A DNA stretch of 64,000 nt from Mobula hypostoma. Its lineage: Eukaryota. Location: positions 37,078,001 to 37,142,000 of the forward strand of contig NC_086097.1 of NCBI RefSeq assembly GCF_963921235.1. The letters run 5' to 3'. Position numbers and translations under genes: made by a program. Below, in pieces: positions 37,934 to 50,410 of the stretch (the stretch's first letter is position 1; the number at the start of each line of letters is the position of its first letter). The notes under the pieces were generated by a model. That model was given only the letters and a program-made list of their open reading frames with translations, did not search any database and was not told the DNA's origin.

Positions 37934-39142
37934 ACATTCAAGGTGAGATGTGATTGATTGCATAGCAGCACAATTCTCTACATATGCACTTGAGGGACAG
38001 AACAGATGAATGTTTTTGTATTCTTCACTGTATTGCCTGTGATTCAACCAGACTTCAGGTTAAATTTAAAATTTATTTCACAAGTAGCAAAGATGATGAT
38101 TATCTTTTGCTTTAAGACAGCTATGTTGAAAGTGAATTTTGAGTAAACCAGGAGCACAGTTGTATAGTCTGTTATTTTTATAGCACATAATAGAAAATGG
38201 TATTTTTACTCTTATAGTGCACCTTCCATAAAACAGAAAATATATTTAATTGCGTAAGAAATCATAGCAGCTAGTACATGGAACAGGGATCTATATTTAG
38301 CTGCAGTTTACAATATTGTCTAACTTGATTCAACTTTATCAGTATTCTTCAGATTATAGGCTACATTTGAGTCTACCTGTTTACACGTCTGAGCTATTCT
38401 CATTCCATATTTAAAAAGTGCTTCACACAGGTTAAAAATAATAAAAGTGTTTTGGATTCTGCTTAGTGGGAGAAACTTTGATGAGATTCTTTCAAGGAAG
38501 GGAATAACCAAAAATTATTGAAACACCATTGTAATTTTTCCAACATCTGCCTCTGCGACACGGATGGATGAGCATCCTGACTATTAAAACAGCAGTAATG
38601 CAGAGATAAGAAATGTGATCTTCACAGTACAATGAGTCATTATGCTCAGGAGAGAACAGAAAGGAAAGGAAGAAGAGGAGATGAATCATCTTGGTTTATT
38701 TAGTAAAAACACAAATTCTGACATTTGCATCCAATTCTAATAGTTAAGAGTTGGAATCTTAAACATTTTGCATTTTGAACCTTCAAGTTGAATGTAATTC
38801 CTCTGTAAAAAAAAATGGTTGAGAAATACTTTACAAATGAAGTGAAAGTGACAAATAGCACCTTGATCTTCATAAATTCATTTAGGTTATTCCAATCTTT
38901 AGAATACCTGGAGAAATGACAAATTAAGTCACTAGAACCCAACAAAATACTTAGTTTTGGTTATAAAAATAACTGCTCATTTTCTGAAAGAAGTTTTTTT
39001 TTGCTATATCCTGCATGATTTGGAGAAAGGCTTTACAATCTTAATGAATATTAATCTTCAGAATTCCTAGTAAATACTGATACAGCGGTCTAAATGAGCC
39101 ATGAGCCATATATATTCCCATACAGACCTCCTATTTTTAAAA

Positions 39143-39797
39143 GAATCAGATTTATCATCATCAGCATGTGTGGTGATATTTGTTCACTTAGTAGCAGCAG
39201 TTCATTGCAATACGTGATAATACAGAAAGAAAAAAAATTGCAGTAGGTATATGTACAGTATATTAAATAGATTAATTTAGTGCAAAAACAGAAATAATAT
39301 ATACATTTTTTTTTAAAGGTGAGGTAGTGTACATGGGTTCTATGTCAATATAGGATTTGTATGGCAGAGGGGAAGAAGCTATTCCTGAATCACTGAATGT
39401 GTATGCCTTCAGGCTTCCCTGATGGTAACAATGAGAGGATGTCCTGGGTGATGGGGGTCCTTAATAAGGCACGTCACCTTTCAGAGGCACCACTCATTCA
39501 AGATGTCTTGAGTACTACAGAGGCTAGTACCCAAGATGGAGCCAACTCATTTTACGACTTTCTGCAGCTTCTTTCGGTCTTGTGCAGAAGCACCCCCCCC
39601 ACCCCCACCCCCACTGTACCACACAGTGATGCAGCCTGTCAGAATGCTCTCCATGGCACATCTATAGAAGATAGACGTGCAGGAACTTGAAAGTGTCTCC
39701 ATTTCTGATCCCTCTATGAGGACTGGTTCGTGTTCCCTCATCTTACTCTTCCTGAAGTCCACAATCAGCTCTTTCGTCTTACTGACGTTGAATGCAA
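39143..39797 (-). mobile_element. Rex1/Babar-like LINE 3' fragment
   Basis: FYRCAMESILTGCITVWY...QDRKKLQKVVK and KTKELIVDFRK on the minus strand. Confidence 0.82.
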
Positions 39798-40984
39798 AAG
39801 TATCAATTATTCTGGTTCACTAGCTTTTGATCAGAAAGAGTAGCGCAAGGAAGACAAACTTTACACATTGTGATTTTTCAATATTTTGTTTTGATAATAC
39901 ATGGATCAGAATTTTGAACCCACATTTCAATACTTCGGAATATATTTAAGTTTGCTCTTTAAAGAAAATATGTTATGCTAAGTCCTTCAAAGTCATTTCA
40001 GGAAAAAAGTATAATGCTGGTATCTTCATACAGACTTTTATTACAAAAGGTCCACATGACAACAGGAAGCATCAGTTGCCAACAAATAACAGGAAGCACC
40101 AACTTCCCAACAATGCTCTTAAGCCAGAGCTTTCTCTCTCTCTTTTGACTAACTATCAAAATCAAAGTTTTTGTCCATTCTTCAACTAACCTAATCATAA
40201 GAATTTACAAACAGTAGCTGCTCAAACATTTCACTAAACTCATGAAGTTTAACAATATCTTTTCTCAAAAATATTTGTAGTTCTACATCTTCTTCAGCAG
40301 ACCTAGAAAGGAAGAGGATGAGATAGTTGGTGGGGGGTGGTTGAGAGACAGAAGAGAATATGGAAATATCTTTTGGCAATTTTTCTGGTAATTCTGTCAT
40401 TACTGATTACAGTGCTAATGCTTCAAATAATCTGGAAGCAACATTTTTGAGTTCAAGTAGATATCAATGTCATATCAGTTTGCAAGCTTTAATTCAAAAA
40501 TGTCAAATTGATTTCCACCTGCTCCACACACATCTTTTAAATCTATCGGTAATTTTGTTTTATATTTTGTCAATGCTGCAACCTTTGAAAGAGAGGATTT
40601 CAGGTTTACTTAATTGTTTCTAACTAAGTAAATTTCACAACAAATGTTTTGCAGGATTGTCAAATATTAAGCCATGTAATGTTATACTTATTCAAGTATT
40701 ATTAAGGGAGTGGATCCAGGGTCAAGATGATCAACTGTTACCATCAGAACAGAGAAACATTCTAATGAAAGGAAAACCCGGCCATTATATTAAGGAACAG
40801 CCACTCATCAATTTTGGATCTTCTAAACCAATTCAAGCAATAAATCAGGCGTGAGATATTACGAATAGTCCCTTGTTTGTGGAGAGTGGTTGCAAGATTT
40901 AAATTGCAAAAGGGGCCCTTTGAAACTTTTCAGTGGGTCTGAGATATCATGGTTCAGAATGATATCAGGCCTACAAGCAGAATT

Positions 40985-41955
40985 GAGGTTTAAGCAGAGT
41001 GGTCATTGTTGGAGTGGACAGAGTTAGAATGGAGATCTTGAGACTTTGGTTCAAGAGGCTTCAGCAAGAAGGGGTGGAGACTATGGTATGTTTCTGGTAA
41101 TTTTTTTCTTTGTCTCTTTGTAACTAGCTAGAGTAATGGGAACAGATCCAGCGTCAGTTCTTTGTGCCAGATATGGGAGATCTGGGAGACTATGTTAAGG
41201 AACTGGAGCTACAGCTGGATGATCTGTGGCTCACTCAGAAGAATGAATTGATAGATAGGAGCTACAAAGAGGTAGACAGCCATAAGTTGAAGAAAGCAGG
41301 TAACTGGGGTGACTGTTATGAGACGAGGGGGAAAGCTGCAGTGACTGGTTTCCTGGTACTGAGCCTGGCTCTGTGGCTTAGAACAGAAGAGGCAAGAAGA
41401 GGAGTGCCATAGTTGGAGGATTAAATGGCTGAGCTAAGACTTTTCTCTTTGGAGCGAAGGAGGATAAGAGATAACTTGACAGAGATGTGTAAGATAAGAC
41501 GCATAGATCAAGCTGACAGCCCAGAAGCTTTTTCCCAGGGCAGAATTTTAAGTTGATTGATGGAAAGCATGTTGTTGTTGAGTGCCGTTGAATTGCTGTC
41601 AATTCATGGCAACCCTATGAATAGTGTAGTTGTCCATAGGGTTTTCGAGGCAAGATACAGAAGTAGATTGAGATTGCCAGGCCTTTCTACATGGAATGTA
41701 TGGGGGGGAGGGGCAAATGTCAGAGGTGTATTTTTTTTTAATTAAACACAGAGAATATGTTAGGTGCATGGAACACCCTGTCAGCATTGGTGGTAGACGC
41801 ATTCGGTGCATTTAAGAAATTGTTGGATAGGCAACATGAGTGAAAGTAAAATTGGAGGCTATGTAGGAGAGGTTAAATTGATCTTGGAGTAGTTAAAAGA
41901 TCAGTACAACATCATGGGCCAAAGAGCCTTCACTGTGCTGAAATGTTCTAAGTTC
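40985..41955 (+). mobile_element. Internally deleted CR1 remnant
   Basis: ORF1 start VKELELQLDDLWL...IDRSYKEV is joined to an ORF2 C-terminal fragment and tail. Confidence 0.7.
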
Positions 41956-44900
41956 CAAATAAATTTTGAAGTGTAATTTCTGTTTTATAGACAAGAATGC
42001 TAATTGAAATACAGAAAGGTCCAATAATGAACAAAGATTTAAATGATCCACCTTATTTTTGTTGATTAGCAAGTAAAATACATTGAATAGAGCATATTAT
42101 AATCAAAGGCAGGCAATATGCAATTACTTAGTACTGTAATTAGATTTCAAGTTTCAGATATAGGCATGTTTTAAATCACCTGAACAGCATTAATTATATT
42201 TCTAAACTAAAATGATTATGCAGCTCAAGGAAATGTAATTTGACCAAGATAAAGATTTGCTTGACATTGAGTACAATTTTGGTAGTCCTATAATCAGGTA
42301 ATCACCATTGACCACATGCTAATCAATCAACGCTTCTACTCAGCTTGATGATTTAGGGCAGGCAGCCTCTGCACAGAGGAAGCAGGTCACAGTTTTACAA
42401 ATGATAGATATTTGTTTTTCCCATTAATGTACCAGTCCAGATAAAGTACAGGTGCTATCAGACTGTTATGGATGCAACCCTCACTCAAGAGACCTCAACA
42501 CATAGCTGAACATATGTTTTCCTGCAGAATTGAAGGAATGCTGTCTACTGCAGGTGCCATTTTTGGGTGAAGTGTAAACTAGCCAAGTGTAAGTGTAACC
42601 AAGGCCTATGCTAGCTTTTTGTTAGAAACAAGATCACTGGCACAAATGGACAAAGGAGTTTTTCCAGTTTATTGTTCATTAGAACATCAGCCTTTAACCA
42701 ATTTCATTAAAGAACAGATTAACAAATCATTACATTTAGACAAAACTGATTCCTATATTTGCCTATAATTATAATAATGACAACATTTCATAAATTATTA
42801 CAACACTATCAATTTTTCAATAGGGCTTAATTTGAAGTAAAGCCTTTTGGGTCGTCCAGAGATTACAAAAGGCACTCTATTCATTTTTAAGTGCCTTTCA
42901 GGTTTACAGGTCACTTTTTCCCCAGATGAGAGATATTGTTGCAGAAGCCACTCTGGCACCAAGTTACTGCATCACAATTCAAGCCATCAGAGTTCAGTTC
43001 TATCCTTTGCACTTTCTGTATGGAATGTGTACATTCTGCTATGACCATGTGGGCTTTCTCTAGGTGCTCTAGTTTCCTTCCACATCCAATATGATAGTAT
43101 TTCACTGAGGCTGCCGGAAAGGCAAAGAGACACCAAATACCACACCATCCTAAATAGCACACAATCCTAATGATGTTAGTTAAGCAAAACTGTACAATGT
43201 AAATAGAAAATATGTAAAACCTACCAACAAAATTGGCCTTGAATACTGAAGAAGGTCTTAAATGATTTTACCTGGGCTAATACCGGAAATTTAAAGGAGT
43301 CTGTTTTCTTATAGCTTCACATCTTTGTGTTTTTCCCATTTTTCTTTTCCTGCCAAGGTTGTCAGTCCCAAACCCCTCACGTTCTCAACCTTTAGTCCGA
43401 TCACCTAATATCTGACTCAATCAACTCTTCAAAAGCCATCCATCTTCTCTTCAACCAACATTCCTCCTCCCAAATCTCAAACTTTTCTTCAACTTGCTCT
43501 CCAACACTTCATCCATGCAATGACATGAGAATAGAATGGGCCCTGAACTCTGAATAGGCCTTAAGCCTCGTGTGGTAGCATAATCAAAGATTAGGATTTA
43601 TTAAGCCAACAAGATTTAATGTTCATACATGAAACAGATGGTTCATTATCTTTAACAGAACCTTAGTACAGCACCAGCCTTATTCTAACTGACCCTCTTT
43701 AGCTTCTTTGTATAAGTTGACCCTGTTAATATGGAGCAACTGACATCAAAGTTAGGCAATTACTTAATTTTCAATAAAGCCTGCATGCTATTTTATCATG
43801 TTGTACAAAGCATATTTTTTACAATAAAACATGAAAGAAATAAACACATTTCTTTGACATTATGTGAGTTTCGGAATTAAACTACTAAGCATGTGGACTC
43901 TCAATCTTACCGCATTTCAGTACGGTTCTGATACAAACCATGCACCTGGTTTTGATCTTTGGTGTAAATTGGCAGTAAAGCCTCATTCCATCCCCCACAT
44001 CTAGTGACATGCAACTTTTTTGACTAAAGCCCAACAAAAATGTTGAGTATTTATTAAAGCCTTATGGACCATTATAGCTTCCAGTAATCACCCTTGTTCC
44101 CACCATGTTGGGAATCATGCCCTCAATCAATAAATTAATTTGAACTGTTCCAAGTGACCTGTAAACCTGAAAGGCACTTACTACTTTACATTTTGTTTTT
44201 TCTTTGCAGTTAATTCAATACATATAAGCATTCCAAAACATTTATTTCAATATTCACTTAGATCATATATTTTTCTTTGTTCCACAGTATATACCTAAAG
44301 ATCGTATGAAGTTGTAGTCATCAATTATCCAGAAACACTGTCTAGCAGAGCAAGCTCAATGGGCCAAATGGCTTCATTCTGCTCCTATGTCTTCCGGTCT
44401 TATGATCATTATGGATTAGAACAAAGTGAAGCATGCAGTGCAATTTTAAAACAAGAGGGAAAACAAATAGGTCTTCAGTTCATAGAGCTACTTCTGCCCT
44501 CACCACCATTTTTGCCTACAGTAGATTTCTAAATGCAGGTATGTCTGAAGTTTGACAATGGGAATTATTACTTATTGCAACACGAATTCAGTGTGTTCAA
44601 GACTATTTTAGAAGTGGCTTACTGATTCATTTCACCACTTGAATACAGGTGGTCTTTGTATTGTCATTGAAAACCTCTGATATTTTCTTGAAACATTAAG
44701 CTAAGTGTTGTTTGGCAATAATTTAACAGTGAGGTGATCCAGTCAATACTCAGTAAAGAATGAAAATACTTGACGTACACTTTAAATTATGTTTTATAGA
44801 GTCACACCACTACTTATCCAAATATTGCTCAACATATAAGAATGTGTCAAGAATATAATTAGGTCAAAGGCTACATTATTCAGCTATTATCAGTGAATAA

Positions 44901-45429
44901 TTAAGACTATTTTGCCTCCCTACATGGGCATAATAATGCTTACCCACAGTTCTAACAGCTGTCATCCCTTCAACTGCACACTGCAAAAAACTGCAAGCTG
45001 TACAAATATCCCCCTTGCAGCCACATGGTTATCAATTTTAAAAAAAACAAATTTACAAACTAAAATAAGCGTTGTACTGAGTTATGAGAGCAATCGCATT
45101 ACCATTTTTTGCTGCTTTGAAAACATCTTCTTTGAATTATGTAATCCATATCACAGTACAAGTAGTTCATTAGATATATTCAATGGGCCCAGCTGACCTA
45201 ATAACACACATGTATATACAAGGACATGAAATCGAATAGATAACATGACCATATTTCTTCAAAAGTGAGACTAAAAGGAAAAGGAGCAAATAATGGTGAG
45301 AAAGAAGTGGCTCAAGTAATGCAGTAAAAATACAAAACAATTCACTGTTCTTTGCAGTACTATATAAAAGGATAAATGCCGGTAAGTCTGGATAAAACCT
45401 GATGATTAACAAATAAACTTATCAAGCAC

Positions 45430-47910
45430 TATGCCAGAAATTCAAAAGTGTCAGGGGGCAGAAGTAAGTGTACCAAGGAGAAGGCTCTTAGTAAGCTAAA
45501 AAGTCTGAAGGTAGATAAGTCACCTAAACCAGATAGACTACGCCCCAGGGTTCAGAAAGAGGTAGCTGAAGGGATTGTGGAGGGATTAGTAATGATCTTT
45601 CAAGAATCACTAGACTGTAGAGAACTGGAAAATTGCAAATGTCACACTGACCTTTGAGAAAGGAAATTACAGGCTCGTTAGCCTGACTTCAGTGGTTGAG
45701 ATGATGTGGAGTCCATTATTTAGGATGAGATTTCAGGGTACTTGGAGGTACATGATAAAGCAGGCCAAAGTCAGCACAGTTTCCTTAAGGGGAAATTTTG
45801 CCTCATAAATCTGTTGGAATTCTTTGAGAAAATAACAGCCAGGATATACAAAGAAGAGTCAGTGAATGTTGTTTATTTGGATTTTCAGGCCTTTGACAGG
45901 GTGCCACACATGAGGCTGCTTAACATGATAACAGCCCATTGCATTACAGGAAAGATGCTAGCAGTGACAGAAGATTGGCTGATGGCAAGAGGCAAAAAGT
46001 TAAGAATGACGAGGGCCTAGTCTGGCTGGCTGCCAGCGACAAGTGGTGTTCTGCAGAGGTCATTATTGGAATTGCTTCTTTTCACATTATATGTCAATGA
46101 TTTGGATGATGGAATTGATGGTTTTGTAGCCATGCTTGCAGATGATACAAAGATAGGTGGAGGGGAAGAGGTGTTGAGGAATCAAGGAGTCTGCTGAAGG
46201 ACTTGGACGGATTGTGGAAATGGGCAAATAAGTGGCACATGGAATATAGTGTAGGGAAATGTATGGTCATATACATTGGTAGAAGGAATAAAGGTTAAGA
46301 CTATTTTCTAAACAGGGAGAAAATTCAAAATTCAGAGGTGCGAAGGGAATTGGGAGTCCTTGTGCATGATTCCCTAAAGATTAGCTTGCAGGTTGGGCTG
46401 GTGGTAAGGAAGGCAAATACAATGTTAGCATGCATTTAGAGAAGACAAGAATATAAGAGCAAGAATGTGATGCTGAGGCAACAAGTTCGCAGACGACACC
46501 ATGGTGGTTGGTCTGATCAGAGGGGATAACGAGACGGCCTACAGGGACGAGGTTCTGCACCTGTCCGTGTGGTGCGCCAACAACAATCTGGCCCTTAACA
46601 CCCAAAAGACCAAGGAGATCATTGTGGACTTCAGGCATGCCAGCAGTCACACTCACGTCCCCATCTACATCAACGGAACTGTAGTGGAGCGTGTATCAAG
46701 CTTCAAATTCCTTGGTGTCCACATTCCGAGGATCTCACCTGGTCCCTGAACTCCTCCATCCTGATCAAAAAGGCCCAACAGCACCTTTATTTCCTGCAGA
46801 GCATAAAGAAAGCTCACCTCTGTCCCAGGATACTGACGGACTTTTACCACTGTACCATTGAGAGCATACTCACCAACTACATTTCAGTGTGGTATGGCAA
46901 CTGTCCCGTATCGGACCGCAAAGCACTCCAGCGTGTGGTGAAAACTGCCCAGTGGATTATCGGCACCCAATTGCCCACCATTGAGAACACCTACCATAAA
47001 TGCTGCCTGGGCAGGGCGAAAAACATTATCAGGGATGCATCTCACCCTAACCATGGACTTTTTACTCTCCTCCCATCCGGTAGGCACTACAGAAGCCTCC
47101 GCTCCCGCACCAGCAGGCACAGGAAGAGCTTCTTCCCTGAGGCTGTGACACTGCTGAACCTCTCATCATAGCACTAAGCAGTATTGCATCCGTATTGTAC
47201 TGTCTCAGTACTTTTATATTTGTGACCTGTAGCCCTTTTTTTATTCGCAGTTATTTTGTAAATAACACTATTTTTTGCACATCTGGTCAAAAGCTAAATG
47301 CATTTCATTGGCTTTGTATCTGTACTCGGCATAATGACAATAAAGTTGAAACTAATCTAATCTAATCTAATATGGCATTGGTCAGACCTTGCTTAAGAGT
47401 AGGTTTGAACCCATTTAAGAACAATGTGCTGATATTGGAGAGAGTCCAGTGGAGGTTTATGAGAATTATTCTGGGAATGAAAGGGTTAACACACAAGGAA
47501 CACTTGATCAGGGCCTGTAACTGCTGGAGTTTAGAAGAATGAAAGGGGATCCCACCAAAACCTATTGAATAATGAAAGGCCTAGACAGAGTGGATGTGGA
47601 GAGGGTGTTTCCAGTAGTGGGTGAGTCTAGGACCAGAGGGTCCAGCCTCAAGAATAGAGTAATATCTATTTAGAACAGAGATGAGAAGGAATTTCTTTGG
47701 CCAGAGGGTGGAAATTTATGGAATTCATTGTCTGCGATGGCTTTGGAGGCCAAGTCACTAAGTATTGAAGCAAAGATTGAAAGGTACTTGGTTACTCAGG
47801 GCCTCAAAGGTTACATGGAGAAGGCAGGAGAATAAGGTCAAGAGGGATAATAAATGGAATGTCAGTAGACTTGATGGGCCAAGTGGCAGATTCTGCTCTT
47901 GCATCTTATA
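45430..47910 (+). mobile_element. Decayed CR1 ORF2 interrupted by a Rex1-like insertion
   Basis: VDKSPKPD, INLLEFFE, YLDFQAFDRVPH, ADDTKIGG. Resumes at ~47371 (tatggcattggtcagacc) and continues to the tail. Confidence 0.85.
46481..47371 (+). mobile_element. Young Rex1/Babar-like LINE 3' part
   Basis: KFADDTMVVGLIRGDNETAYRDEV...KTKEIIVDFR...HPNHGLFTLLPSGRHYRSL; AATAAA and an (atcta)n tail. Confidence 0.9.
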
Positions 47911-50169
47911 ATACTGTATGAAATTAGGTTACGGTTTTCAATTGCTTTTTGTTTTCAGAAACTTTCCATACACTTTTTAATTTGGCCAATTTAAGTGGTA
48001 GTAGAGTCACAAAATTATTATAAGGTTGTAAGCCCAAGACCTGAGTGAATTTTTTTTAAGATAAAAACTGTATTCAACTTGCTTGATAATTAAAAGTAGT
48101 TACATTCTCCTCAAAATTAATTGTTTAGTGATGTACCTGATATATACTAAATTACATTTTCTGCAGTTTCAATTATCTGTGCACGGGTTTGAAGGCAGCA
48201 TTAATCAGCCGCAATCATTAAATGGTACGGCAGGCTTGAAAATCACGACAGCCTGTCTACATCTGCTCCCATTTTCCTGTGTTCCTATGTTAATAGTTGC
48301 TATGTTTGTCACAAAAGTATATCCATTTGGGCTTTTAACATAATTTATAAAATTAATACTATTTTTACTCTGAAACTACCAACATTGTTTTCTCATGACA
48401 TTGTGTTACTTACTAACCATAAAAGCTGACAGATTAATGGACACTAGAGGGCAAAATTACTCTGATTAAAGAGCTGTGATCTAAATAGAATTGACAGTAT
48501 CTTGAGGTGTTAATAGGAACTGCATAAAAGATTGAAAATAATTAATTAGTGAATAAGCAATTGCCTCAATAAAGAAAGTATGATATCAGTAGTGATTTTG
48601 TACAGGTTCCTATTTCACTAACTCAGTAAAAGGCAGATATAGTAAAACGGAGCAAAATACCCTTTAGTCACCTTAAAAAAACTTATCACTGCATAATACT
48701 ATCACAAGACTATATAGTAATATTTTACGGGCATATGTGTTTAATGGTACTACTACATAAAATTTAAAATATAAAATGTATTCTTGCTCTCTGGTTATGC
48801 TTGCCTTTTTCCAGTGCTGGAGAATAGAAAGTCTGAATTCAATCCCATTTCTGAAATCTCTCAAGGGCCTCCCAAATGTCTGCAGCAAAATTTCTTCATG
48901 CTCTGCTTAGTTTAATAAATAATTCCAATGAATTTTCTAAAACCACAGTGAACAAGAACATTTTCTCTCACTCAGAGGAATAGGGCTAAAGTTGAAATGT
49001 TATTTACTTTATAGCATTAATAATAACGATTCTGTTTATTCTACATTATACCCTACCCCATCATTCCAAATATTTTTTACTAATGAAAGCTATTCACAAA
49101 TTAAAAGATGAAAAGGCAGAGAAGCAGAATTAGGACATTTGGCCCATCGTGTGCTCTGTCATAACATCATGGGTGATTTATTATCCCTCTCAACCCCATT
49201 CTTCTGCCTTGTCCCCATAACCTTTGACACCCTTACTAATCAAGAACTTATCAACCTCCAGTTTAACAGAATAACAAATGCAAAAACAGACATATGGCAA
49301 CAAATAAAAGAACTAGATACTTGGTTCAAAAACCAGTTAAGGAATGCTGTTCTTCCTAATACTTACTAATGCAGATAACTTGGTACCTAATCAATTTACT
49401 ACATTCAAGGGACAAGTTTCTAGGTCTACCAAAGCGAAAACATCAGATTCCATCAGGGAATAAGTCTTAACCTTCTACTCAATGTATCGTTTTAATTAGA
49501 AATTAATTAATCCTAGCCTATCTAAATTTTGTGAAGTACCTTGATCCATTAGCTAGTGTATTCTGCATGACATTGCCAGAAAACTCATTCTAAGAGGAAT
49601 GAGCAGTCTGTGAATTTGCAGTTTTCTATAAAAGCAATGTTGTACAAACTTCTCAAAACTTAAACCCAACATTTGGAACATAATACTGAATTGCATTCTA
49701 CATGTAATTGTTATTAAAACTGATCATGGTCACAAAAGGTACAAACATGCAGCAGAGAGCTCAGGTGAGATGTGATCACCATGTGCTGTGGTGTCTACTG
49801 CTCCTCAGTAAACGACAATGGCTTTTTTCTCTGACACCCTCAAGGTACTTTAATGCAACATTTCTAGAGAATGTTTATTCCTTTTCTATGTACAAAATAT
49901 ATTGCAAGGTACAGTAACAGTGGGGCACAATACCACTTTACACATAACTATTCACTTTGCATAGTATATTAGAGTAAGGCAGACAATCTGGCTGCTGGCA
50001 TACTGTACAGAATGCACTAGTGATTGCTCATAATCTGCTTATAACACAAGGTCACAAAAAAGGCTGGAAAAGGCAATGTCCTAGCCACGGTTACCCAGGT
50101 CAAGTATCAGATCATATCCTTTTGTTTTATCAACTGCAAAGTTATAAAGAATAGTGGGAAATTTTCAAG

Positions 50170-50410
50170 CCACTACACCCCAGCAATCCCTGACAAACCC
50201 AGTTAACCCTAACCTAATCACAAGACAATTTACAATGACCAATTAATCTACTCATTATGTCTTTGGACTGTGGAAAGAAGCCAGGGAACCCAGGAAAAAC
50301 CCTCACATTTCACGGGGAGGACATATAGTCTCTTTGCATAACAGCACCAGAATTGAACTCCAAAATGCTCCAAGCTGTAATAGCATCACGCTAAACCCTA
50401 CGCTACGCAA
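50170..50410 (-). mobile_element. tRNA-derived SINE
   Basis: Reverse complement of the family at 31946: A box tagcgtagggtttagc and B box gagttcaattc on the minus strand. Confidence 0.72.
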
